Both the position numbers and the translations under genes were made by a program. Shown here piece after piece: positions 1 to 6,674 of a stretch of 24,000 nt of DNA; position 1 is the first letter of the stretch; each line of letters begins with the position of its first letter. The stretch comes from an uncultured Solirubrobacteraceae bacterium (GTDB lineage: Bacteria > Actinomycetota > Thermoleophilia > Solirubrobacterales > Solirubrobacteraceae), in the NCBI GenBank assembly GCA_963805525.1, contig CAWDUT010000005.1, positions 59,824 through 83,823 on the forward strand. Direction: 5' to 3'. The notes below the pieces were generated by a model. The model had not been told where the DNA came from. It worked only from the letters and a program-made list of their open reading frames with translations, and made no database searches.

Positions 1-162
1 CGGACGCTCGCCGCTATCGGCGACGAGCTCGGAATCCGCCGTTCCACAGCGAAAACCCACGTGCAACACATCTACAAGAAACTCGGAGCCAACACGCGAG
101 CCCAGGCCATGGAAAAAGCCGACAGCGCAGGCCTGCTCCGAGAGCCCGGATCGCCGCGATGA
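1..162 (+). CDS. LuxR/GerE-type HTH transcriptional regulator, C-terminal fragment (5' end lies outside the window)
   Basis: Frame 1 reads RTLAAIGDELGIRRSTAKTHVQHIYKKLGANTRAQAMEKADSAGLL..., the classic LuxR C-terminal HTH pattern. TGA stop at 160-162. Confidence 0.8.
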   Translation, partial: RTLAAIGDELGIRRSTAKTHVQHIYKKLGANTRAQAMEKADSAGLLREPGSPR

Positions 163-290
163 CCGACTTCGATCTCAACGATTTCGACGAGACGCTCCCG
201 CCCCGTTTGAGTGGGACGTCAAACGGCTGGTGGCGAGCATCGTCGTCGCGGCCCGCGGCAACGGTGACCGTCGCAAGGAGCACTCCGTCA
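163..290 (+). pseudogene. Short internal fragment of a DUF2252-family gene, a frameshifted remnant paralogous to the gene at 1789-3195
   Basis: Nucleotides ~168-290 align with 2167-2290 of the full-length gene. The shared string is ttcgatctcaacga-ttcgacgagacgct..gagtgggacgtcaa, i.e. FDLNDFDETLP..EWDVKRLVAS. The fragment lacks one nt in ctcccg-ccccgtttgag relative to ctgccggcgccgttcgag. No start codon and no remainder of the ~468-aa protein are present. Confidence 0.6.
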
Positions 291-370
291 AGGCAGAACT
301 CCGGGTCGGCCGTTGATCGCCGCAGCCTCGTTCTACGACGTCCTAATCCCCACCCGAATGGAGCTTCTTC

Positions 371-901
371 ATGGCCAATGAGAACCTGTCCCTCTACGTC
401 GCGTCCTACGCCGATGGTGCGGCGGCCGAAGCCGACTTCCGGTCGCTGAAGGATGCCGAGGGGACGTATGACTTCGCGGTGCTCGGCGCGGTCGTCGCCA
501 GCCGCGACGATGCCGGTGAAGTGACCGTTGACGAGCACGGGGCGGCATCGCCGGTGGGTGGGGGCACGGTCCTGGGCGCCGCCGGTGGCCTGGCTGTGGG
601 GCTGTTCGCGCCGCCGCTGCTTCTGGCGACCGCGGTCGGCGCCGGGATCGGCGCGGGGATCGGCGCGCTCAGGAAGCGCCACGACGAGAAGCAGCTCGGC
701 GTCGACCTGGAGGAATACCTCCCGCCCGGCTCGTCGGCAGTGATCATCGTCGTCGACGACACCTACCTCGACCGGGTCGACAAGGCGCTGACGAAGTCGA
801 CCAAGAAGATCAACAAGGCCGTGGACTCCGGTGACTACGAGCAGCTCACCAAGGCACTCCAGGACGCCGACAAGAACGTCTCGACCGCCGTCGACTCCTG
901 A
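371..901 (+). CDS. DUF1269-like membrane protein (soluble N-domain, glycine-zipper TM segment, charged C-terminal tail)
   Basis: 176-aa ORF with GGAG 7 nt upstream of the ATG. It has a Gly/Ala-rich hydrophobic core (GGGTVLGAAGGLAVGLFAPPLLLATAVGAGIGAGIGAL) and third-position GC bias. Family assignment is from memory of DUF1269 architecture. Confidence 0.8.
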   Translation: MANENLSLYVASYADGAAAEADFRSLKDAEGTYDFAVLGAVVASRDDAGEVTVDEHGAASPVGGGTVLGAAGGLAVGLFAPPLLLATAVGAGIGAGIGALRKRHDEKQLGVDLEEYLPPGSSAVIIVVDDTYLDRVDKALTKSTKKINKAVDSGDYEQLTKALQDADKNVSTAVDS

Positions 902-1002
902 TCGACGCGGAGCCGACCCGTGCGCAAGCGTGCGCGGTGCTCCACACCATCTGCGTAACGCGGTAGATGCCGCGTCACGTCCCTCAGCGAGTAAGGAGCC
1001 TC

Positions 1003-1545
1003 ATGGCTATCGGACCGGTTCAATTGATCGTGCTCGGCTTCAGTCACCCCGATTTCCACGGCGAGGTCATCGCCGAGTTGGAGCGGTTGCGGGAGAGTGA
1101 CGCGGTACGGGTTATCGACGCGCTGGCCGTTCACAAGGATGCGGCCGGCGAGATCGAGGTGGCACATCTCAGCAACCTCTCCAAGGACGAGGCGATCGAG
1201 CTCGGCAGCAAGGTCGGCGCGCTGATCGGCCTCGGGATCGAGGGCGAGGAGGGCATGGTCGCGGGTGCGGAGGCGGGTGCCGACGCGGGTGCCGACGGCG
1301 TGAGCGTGTTCTCCGATGACGAGGCGTGGGACGTCATCGAGGACATCCCGAACGACTCCGCCGCCGCGCTGGTCCTGATCGAACACCACTGGGCGGTGCC
1401 CTTGCGCGACGCGATCGCGCGCGCCGGGGGCTTCCGGATCAGCGACGGGTTCATCAGCCCGCTGGACCTGGTCGAGATCGGCCTCGCCTCGCGCGAGGAG
1501 GCGGACACCCTCCATGCCCTCGAGACCGCCGGCCAGCCCACGTAG
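1003..1545 (+). CDS. DUF6325-like protein (uncharacterised actinobacterial family)
   Basis: ATG at 1003 is preceded by AAGGAG (992-997). The N-terminus MAIGPVQLIVLGFSHPDFHGEVIAELERLRESDAVRVIDALAVHKDAAGEI matches the remembered DUF6325 pattern. The longer ORF starting at 967 lacks an RBS. Confidence 0.8.
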   Translation: MAIGPVQLIVLGFSHPDFHGEVIAELERLRESDAVRVIDALAVHKDAAGEIEVAHLSNLSKDEAIELGSKVGALIGLGIEGEEGMVAGAEAGADAGADGVSVFSDDEAWDVIEDIPNDSAAALVLIEHHWAVPLRDAIARAGGFRISDGFISPLDLVEIGLASREEADTLHALETAGQPT

Positions 1546-1650
1546 TTCGCCCTATCTACGAACGATCGGAGATCACGATGTTCGGTTCCCGCAGAGTCGC
1601 CCGCCGCACGTCCAGGCGCGTCGCGCGTCGCCGCTGACCCATCCGTCGCA

Positions 1651-1683
1651 GGCGTCTCGACGGGGCTGGGCCGCCGAGACGCC
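1651..1683 (+). terminator. GC-rich inverted repeat, possible factor-independent terminator of the 371-1637 transcription unit
   Basis: GGCGTCTCG (1651-1659) pairs with CGAGACGCC (1675-1683): a 9-bp perfect stem with a 15-nt loop. There is no U-tract. Confidence 0.3.
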
Positions 1684-1788
1684 GGACCCGACGGAGCACT
1701 ACCGCGGCAGCCGCCGCGGCAAGATCGATGACGCCACGCACCGCGCGACCGGGGGGCGGCAGCGTCTCCCGGTAGTGAAGGAGCAGAG

Positions 1789-3195
1789 ATGACGAAGAAC
1801 GTGAAGGACAAGCAGCGCCGCCGCGGCGTGCTCGACGTCCCGAAGGCGATCGAAGCGCGGTTGGAGGAGGGGCGTGCCGAGCGTGAGTCGGTGGCGCTGG
1901 AGGCTCACGGCGAGTGGGCGGCGCCCGATGACCGTCCGGATCCGGTCGGCGTCCTGGAGCAGGAGGACGTGACGCGTGTGCCCGAGCTGGTGCCGATCCG
2001 TCACGGGCGGATGATCGCCTCGCCGTTCACGTTCTACCGCGGCGGGGCGGCGATCATGGCGTGGGATCTGTCGCGCACCCCGACGACGGGGCTGCGCGTC
2101 CAGTGCTGCGGAGACGCGCACCTGTCGAACTTCGGCGTGTTCGCGGCGCCCGATCGCCGGGTCGTGTTCGATCTCAACGACTTCGACGAGACGCTGCCGG
2201 CGCCGTTCGAGTGGGACGTCAAGCGCCTGGTCGCGAGCCTGGTCGTGGCGGCGCGCAACAACGGCCACCGATCCAAGGAGCAGCGAGCCGCGGCCCGCGC
2301 GACGGCCGCGGCCTATCGGACGACGATCGCCGAGGCGGCGGCGATGCGCTTCCTGGACGTCTGGTACGCGCGGATCGACGCCGACGCAGTGCTCGCCGAG
2401 CTCAGCACCGCTGAGGCCAAGAGCGCGCAGAAGACGCTGGCCAAGGCGCGCACGCGGACGAGCCTGGGCTCGCTGGCGAAGTTCGCGCAGCGCGTCAACG
2501 GCGGCTACCGGATCAAGCAGCAACCGCCGCTGATCGTGCGCCCGCCCGAGGACAGTTACGGCGACTTCGAGCAGATCATCCGCCAGGGGCTCACGGACTA
2601 CGCGCACTCCTTGGCCCCTGATCGGCGCGTGGTGCTCGACCATTACCACTACGAGGACTTCGCGCGCAAGGTCGTCGGCGTCGGCTCGGTCGGCACCGAA
2701 GCCTTCATGGTCCTGCTCGTCGGCGATCGCGAAGACGATCCGTTGTTCCTGCAGATCAAGGAGGCCAGCACCTCGGCGCTGGCTCCCTATGCGGGCGCGA
2801 GCGAGTACGAGCACCAGGGCGAGCGAGTCGTAGAGGGCCAGCGGCTGATGCAGTCGGCCAGCGACGCGTTCCTGGGCTGGGTCACCGGTACCGGCAAGGG
2901 ACGACGCGAGTTCTACGTCCGCCAACTGCGCGACATGAAGGGCTCGGCTGTGATCGAGACGATGTCGCCGAAGCGCCTGGCCCGCTACGGGGAGCTCTGC
3001 GGCGCCGCCCTGGCGCGTGCCCACGCGCGCACCGGCGACGCCGCCAAGATCGCCGGCTACCTCGGCAACGACGACACATTCGACCGCGCCATCCAACGCT
3101 TCGCAGTCGCCTACACCGACCAGACCGAGCTCGACTACGCGGCGTTCACGCAGGCAGCTGACGAGCAGCGCGTCGCGGTCGAAGCCGGCGTGTAA
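1789..3195 (+). CDS. DUF2252 domain-containing protein
   Basis: 468-aa ORF with GAAGGAG 5 nt upstream of the ATG. Characteristic strings: PIRHGRMIASPFTFYRGGAAIMAWDL, QCCGDAHLSNFG, FDLNDFDETLPAPFEWDVKRL. Confidence 0.9.
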   Translation: MTKNVKDKQRRRGVLDVPKAIEARLEEGRAERESVALEAHGEWAAPDDRPDPVGVLEQEDVTRVPELVPIRHGRMIASPFTFYRGGAAIMAWDLSRTPTTGLRVQCCGDAHLSNFGVFAAPDRRVVFDLNDFDETLPAPFEWDVKRLVASLVVAARNNGHRSKEQRAAARATAAAYRTTIAEAAAMRFLDVWYARIDADAVLAELSTAEAKSAQKTLAKARTRTSLGSLAKFAQRVNGGYRIKQQPPLIVRPPEDSYGDFEQIIRQGLTDYAHSLAPDRRVVLDHYHYEDFARKVVGVGSVGTEAFMVLLVGDREDDPLFLQIKEASTSALAPYAGASEYEHQGERVVEGQRLMQSASDAFLGWVTGTGKGRREFYVRQLRDMKGSAVIETMSPKRLARYGELCGAALARAHARTGDAAKIAGYLGNDDTFDRAIQRFAVAYTDQTELDYAAFTQAADEQRVAVEAGV

Positions 3196-3394
3196 CTGAC
3201 CAGCCCAACCTCCACGACGACAATCGCGAGAATCCACCGCGCGGCGATCTGTTCTCCGAGGACATCAACGCACCACAGACGACGTCGCCGACGGGACCAG
3301 CCTCAAGCGATTGCCTCGCTCGCGGGCAGGCGATCAGTCAGAATCTGCGTGATTTGCAGGGATTCTATCCCCTTGCGCTCCTCGTTTCCGGCGC

Positions 3395-3436
3395 CTGAAA
3401 ATCGTGGTGTCCCCGGTTCGAGTCCGGGTCTCGCCA
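3395..3436 (+). repeat. 3' half of a tRNA-Phe(GAA)-like gene (anticodon loop to CCA-proximal end), att-like direct repeat copy 1; not an intact tRNA
   Basis: The sequence parses as CTGAAAA (anticodon loop, GAA), TCGTG, GTGTC (variable), CCCGG-TTCGAGT-CCGGG (T arm), TCTCGCC-A (acceptor 3' strand). Upstream there is no GGCGAGA acceptor 5' strand, D arm or anticodon-stem partner. It is 41/42 identical to 10816-10857. Confidence 0.75.
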
Positions 3437-3936
3437 TGCCGAGGGCCGAAATCCCGTGTGGCTACGAGATTCTCTAGTCGATGGTGCACTGGCGACTCGA
3501 ACTTCCTGCACCACGCGTGGTTGTCGTGAGGTCCGCGGTATGAGTCGGAAGCGGCGAACTCGGCTTCGCCGCCGTGATCTCGGGCGCTCGCGGCGTGTAC
3601 GACGCTCGGAGAGAAGGCCCGGCCGAACGTGCCGCAATCGCCTTTTTGTCTCCTTTTCCTTGAGGCACCTCGAGGGTTCGGACGCGCCTCCGCGCAACGG
3701 CCACCGCGCGAACTTTCGCTCGCGCGCGGCGCGCGCGATGTCCATCACGCCGGCGGACAAGTCGTTGTGGCGCCGGTTTCGGAGTGTCGCCCGGCCAGAT
3801 TGAGCGTCCGACGCCTGCCCTCTGGGTGCTGCTCGTACGCTCGGTCCTTGAGCGTGCCGGTTGGCGCTCTGGTCACGTCGGGCCGAGGACTGGCAGCGGG
3901 GCGGTCGATCGCCGGCGCGCACGCGAGGGCTGTCCG

Positions 3937-3962
3937 GGCACGGCCCGAGGTCGGGCCGTGCC
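3937..3962 (-). terminator. Perfect 11-bp GC hairpin downstream of the fasciclin gene
   Basis: GGCACGGCCCG (3937-3947), loop AGGT, CGGGCCGTGCC (3952-3962). It lies 37 nt past the fasciclin stop codon on the minus strand. No U-tract. Confidence 0.5.
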
Positions 3963-3998
3963 GGGGAATCGGACAGCGTGCAGCGCCGCCGCCGGCGG

Positions 3999-4533
3999 CT
4001 ACGGGATCAGGACGCGGTTGATGACGTGGATGACGCCGTTGGAGGCGCGCACGTCGGCGGTGACGACCTTCGAGCGGTTCACGAACACGTTCTGGTCGCG
4101 GACGCGGATCTTCACGCGCTTGCCGTTGAGCGTCTTGATCGACGAGCGCTTGACGACGCGCTTGGCGGCGAGCCGGCCTGCGGCGACGTGGTAGAGCAGC
4201 ACCGCCTTCAGCTTCGCCTTGTCCTTGCCGAGCGCCTTGAGCGTCTTCTTGGGCACCTTCTTGAAGGCCGCATCGGTGGGCGCGAAGACCGTGTACGGCC
4301 CCTTCGCGGAGAGCGTCTCGGCCAGGCCCGCCTGCTTGACGAGTGAGACCAGCGTGGTGAAGTTGCCGGCCGCGACGGCGGTCTCGACGATGTTGGGCTT
4401 GGCGGCCGCGGCGGCCGCGGCCGTGTCGGGGCGTGCGCTGGCCGGCGCTGCCGCCAGCGCCGCGGCGGCAAGTCCGGCGACGAGCCCGGCGGTGCGCGCG
4501 GCGCGCAGTGGTGGTGATGGTGCTGGTGCTCAT
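3999..4533 (-). CDS. Secreted fasciclin (FAS1) domain protein; reading frame broken by an apparent 1-nt indel about 27 nt after the ATG
   Basis: The frame ending at the stop 4001-3999 translates ..LRAARTAGLVAGLAAAALAAAPASA/RPD..KPNIVETAVAAGNFTTLVSLVKQAGLAETLSAKGPYTVFAPTDAAFKKVPKKTLKALGKDKAKLKAVLLYHVAAGRL..GVIHVINRVLIP, i.e. a signal peptide plus FAS1 domain. That frame is closed by TGA at 4532-4530 and has no ATG/GTG/TTG before 4256. The only SD-preceded start (AAGGAG-N4-ATG, ATG at 4533-4531) is 1 nt out of frame. Confidence 0.8.
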
Positions 4534-4550
4534 GCTGCTCCTTGGTGAGA

Positions 4551-4636
4551 GGGTGGGACAAACACTGAACAAGCTATGGACAGCTAAGCAGCGACTGTCC
4601 TGTCTGTCAAGTCCTTGTTCATTGTTTGTTCGGCGA
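4551..4636. promoter_or_regulatory. Candidate CarH/LitR operator plus divergent promoters: near-palindrome made of 3+3 eleven-bp-phased T-N2-ACA repeats
   Basis: ACA occurs on the top strand at 4558, 4569 and 4580. TGT (ACA on the bottom strand) occurs at 4605, 4616 and 4627. All are mirror-symmetric about 4593/4594. The 18-nt arms GGACAAACACTGAACAAG (4556-4573) and CTTGTTCATTGTTTGTTC (4614-4631) are 16/18 reverse-complementary. TTGTTC(4615-4620)-N17-TATGCT(4638-4643) would place a TSS at about the ATG at 4651 (leaderless). TTGACA lies on the minus strand at 4610-4605. Confidence 0.45.
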
Positions 4637-4650
4637 CTATGCTGCACGGC

Positions 4651-5502
4651 ATGGCAGCCGCCACGCTCCGCATCGGTGAGCTCGCGCGGCGCTCCGGCGT
4701 CAGCGCGGACCTCCTGCGCGCGTGGGAGCGCCGCTACGCGCTGCTGGAGCCGGTGCGCACCGCCGGCGGCTACCGCCTGTACTCCGCCGCCGACGAGGCG
4801 CGCGTGCGCTCGATGCAAGCCCACCTCGCACAGGGACTGTCGGCCGCCGAGGCCGCGCGACTGGTCCGCGACGCGACGGCGCCCGAGCCGCAGAACGGCG
4901 CTCCGGCGGATCTCGCCGCAGCGCTGTGGTCCGCGCTCGACAACTTCGACGACGCGGGCGCGCAAGCCGCCTTCGACCGGCTCGTGGCGACGTTCAGCCT
5001 CGAGGCCGTCGCGGAGACGGCCATCCTGCCCTATCTGCGGGCGCTCGGCGAGCGCTGGCGCGACGGCGACGCCTCCGTGGCGCAAGAGCACTTCGCCACC
5101 GGCCTGCTTCGAGCGCGGCTGCTGGGCCTGGCCCGCGGCTGGGACCGCGGCGCCGGTCCTCGCGCGCTGCTCGCCTGCCCGTCAGGCGAACACCACGACC
5201 TCGGGCTCATCATCCTCGGCCTCGCGCTACACGACCGCGGCTGGCGCGTCACGTTCCTCGGACCCGACACCCCGATCCAGACGCTCGCAGCCGCCGCCGA
5301 CCAGCTCACGCCCGACGCGGTCGTGCTCTCCTCACTCACGCGCGAACCGCTTCGCCGCGGCCGAAACCGAGATCGCGCAGATCGCCGCCTCGCGACCCGT
5401 ACTGCTCGCTGGCCCCGGCGCGGATACCGAACTGGCCGAACGCTCACGGGCCGACTGCTCGCCGGGAACCCGATCGACGCCGCCGACGAGATGTCCGCGT
5501 AG
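4651..5502 (+). CDS. carH: MerR-family HTH / cobalamin-binding light-responsive regulator (CarH/LitR type); C-terminal ~50 codons appear scrambled by two compensating frameshifts
   Basis: N-terminal MerR HTH: TLRIGELARRSGVSADLLRAWERRYALLEPVRTAGGYRLY. Wx9EH motif: W 5056-5058, EH 5086-5091. B12 motif ExHxxG: GEHHDLG at 5188-5205, followed by GWRVTFLGPDTP. From ~5345 to ~5455 the annotated frame reads GRNRDRADRRLATRTARWPRRGYRTGRTLTG, whereas the +1 frame reads domain-like AAAETEIAQIAASRPVLLAGPGADTELAERS. The start is uncertain: 4651 is favoured by the HTH spacing, and 4639 is also in frame. Confidence 0.8.
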   Translation: MAAATLRIGELARRSGVSADLLRAWERRYALLEPVRTAGGYRLYSAADEARVRSMQAHLAQGLSAAEAARLVRDATAPEPQNGAPADLAAALWSALDNFDDAGAQAAFDRLVATFSLEAVAETAILPYLRALGERWRDGDASVAQEHFATGLLRARLLGLARGWDRGAGPRALLACPSGEHHDLGLIILGLALHDRGWRVTFLGPDTPIQTLAAAADQLTPDAVVLSSLTREPLRRGRNRDRADRRLATRTARWPRRGYRTGRTLTGRLLAGNPIDAADEMSA

Positions 5503-5959
5503 CCGCCGGGCGACCGCATGCACCGGAGGTCACCCCGAACCGCGCCGCGAGCCATGCTCGTGAACCTGCTTCTGCGCGCACGGCCGCCGAGCGGATCCCA
5601 TGCCTTCCAGCAGTGCTCAGACGCGCGCAGGTGAGTGCGTCTGTCCCGGCAGGCACGAGCACGCCGTCGTGCAGAACGGGTGCGAGCCCCGTCGCGATGA
5701 CGGCCTGAACGAGGAGGTCGTCGTCGCGGGGGTTAGCGTCCGGCGCCCATCCACCGGATGGTTCACGGCGACGTCAACGACCGAGCCTGCGGGCTGATGG
5801 TGCCACCACCTCCGCGCGGCGCCAGCTGGCGCGGCCGCGACGCCGCCCGAACGCTGAGGCTTCGCCGTGTGTCTCGCCGGTCGCCGTGATCCCACGAGCG
5901 GTGTGCGCCGTAGAAACGCCGACTTTCAACGATCCGGAGGGCGACGTGGCGAGATTGCG

Positions 5960-6157
5960 ATGCACCGACGGGTGGCCATCATGACCAGAGAGCGCTTGGG
6001 CGTGACGCTGATCCTGACCGCTGCCGTGATGTCGTTCCTGCTCTCGATCGGGCTCTGGTTCACCGACAACCGGGAGGAAGGCGTGTTCGTGGGGCTGTGG
6101 GTGCCGTCGATCCTCGCGGCGGGCGGCTTCTGGATGGCCGCGGCGAGGACGCGATGA
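5960..6157 (+). CDS. Small two-TM membrane protein, function unknown
   Basis: The ORF has good third-position GC. Two hydrophobic segments are present (LGVTLILTAAVMSFLLSIGLWF and VFVGLWVPSILAAGGFWMAAA). The stop overlaps the next start as ATGA. The start is ambiguous (ATG 5960 or ATG 5981). Confidence 0.55.
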   Translation: MHRRVAIMTRERLGVTLILTAAVMSFLLSIGLWFTDNREEGVFVGLWVPSILAAGGFWMAAARTR

Positions 6158-6357
6158 CCGGCCTCGACGTGCTCCTTGCCGTCGCCGGGCTCGCCGCGAC
6201 GGCGCTCCTGGTGGCCGGCATGATTCTCCTGACACCACGCGGCACCGTCGAGCCGAGCTCAGCCGGCACTCCAGAGCCTCCCCGCACGGCCCCGCCCCGC
6301 CCAGAGACCCATGGCGAACGAGCGGTGTCGACCGAACGCGCACTGGCCGACCGATGA
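6154..6357 (+). CDS. Small single-TM protein with Pro-rich tail, function unknown
   Basis: There are ATGA overlaps with both neighbouring ORFs (6154-6157 and 6354-6357). N-terminal TM segment: MTGLDVLLAVAGLAATALLVAGMILL. Codon bias weakens in the C-terminal half. Confidence 0.4.
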   Translation: MTGLDVLLAVAGLAATALLVAGMILLTPRGTVEPSSAGTPEPPRTAPPRPETHGERAVSTERALADR

Positions 6358-6632
6358 GCGACCGCCGGCGTGCCGGGCAGCGCGGCTGGCCAGCGAGCTT
6401 CCCGGTCGCGCAAGTACCGAACGCGCAGCTGTCCGCGGCGCTAGCCGGCCTGCTCGTCGCCGCGGCGACGAGCGGCTCAGTGCATGCCTACGCGCGCGGC
6501 GTGTTCTACGCCGGGCTCGCCGCATGGGCGTGGGAAGAGCTGATCGGCGGCGTGAACTGGGTGCGCCGCGCCATCGGTGCCGCTGGGCTGGTCTACGTGG
6601 TAGCCAGGGTCGGCGCGGCGCTCGATGGATGA
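6354..6632 (+). CDS. Small membrane protein, function unknown
   Basis: 92-aa ORF with strong GC3 bias and an ATGA-coupled start. Hydrophobic segments: LSAALAGLLVAAATSG, VFYAGLAAWAWEEL, AIGAAGLVYVVARVG. Confidence 0.6.
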   Translation: MSDRRRAGQRGWPASFPVAQVPNAQLSAALAGLLVAAATSGSVHAYARGVFYAGLAAWAWEELIGGVNWVRRAIGAAGLVYVVARVGAALDG

Positions 6633-6674
6633 CGCGTCGTAGACGATCGGAGCGGCGAGCGAGCTGACGGCCGC

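Noticed and set aside
1699-3237. Long antisense and alternative-frame ORFs. Examples: 1699-3237 (-), 3745-5091 (-), 8299-10020 (-), 11177-12382 (+), 13454-14914 (+), 16200-18734 (+), 19695-21740 (-), 19841-21718 (+).
   Set aside because: They lie opposite or out of frame to genes with clear family signatures. Their translations are Arg/Pro/Gly/Asp-rich low-complexity sequence. Open frames of this length are expected by chance in very GC-rich DNA.
3357-3436. Possible intact or D-armless tRNA at the two 80-nt units (3357-3436 and 10778-10857).
   Set aside because: Copy 1 has no sequence able to pair with the acceptor 3' strand TCTCGCC and no anticodon-stem partner. Copy 2 has only a 6-nt GCGAGA that would leave no D arm. 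Both are better explained as 3'-half att fragments.
3482-3516. tRNA-3'-end-like string on the minus strand (GGAAGTTCGAGTCGCCAGTGCACCA), 45 nt from repeat copy 1.
   Set aside because: The putative T stem does not pair (GGAAG against CGCCA) and no further tRNA features are present. It is probably a chance resemblance or a heavily decayed fragment.
3365-3922. 185-aa minus-strand ORF spanning the tRNA fragment and the adjacent gene-free stretch.
   Set aside because: The translation is Arg-rich low complexity. Its C-terminus (WRDPDSNRGHHDFQ) is simply the reverse-complement reading of the tRNA T arm. No RBS is present.
5503-5959. Possible small genes between carH and the small-membrane-protein operon, e.g. 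5600-5797 (+) and 5444-5662 (-).
   Set aside because: There is no RBS, no family resemblance and a mixed codon-position GC pattern. I left the stretch unannotated. It may contain decayed gene remnants.
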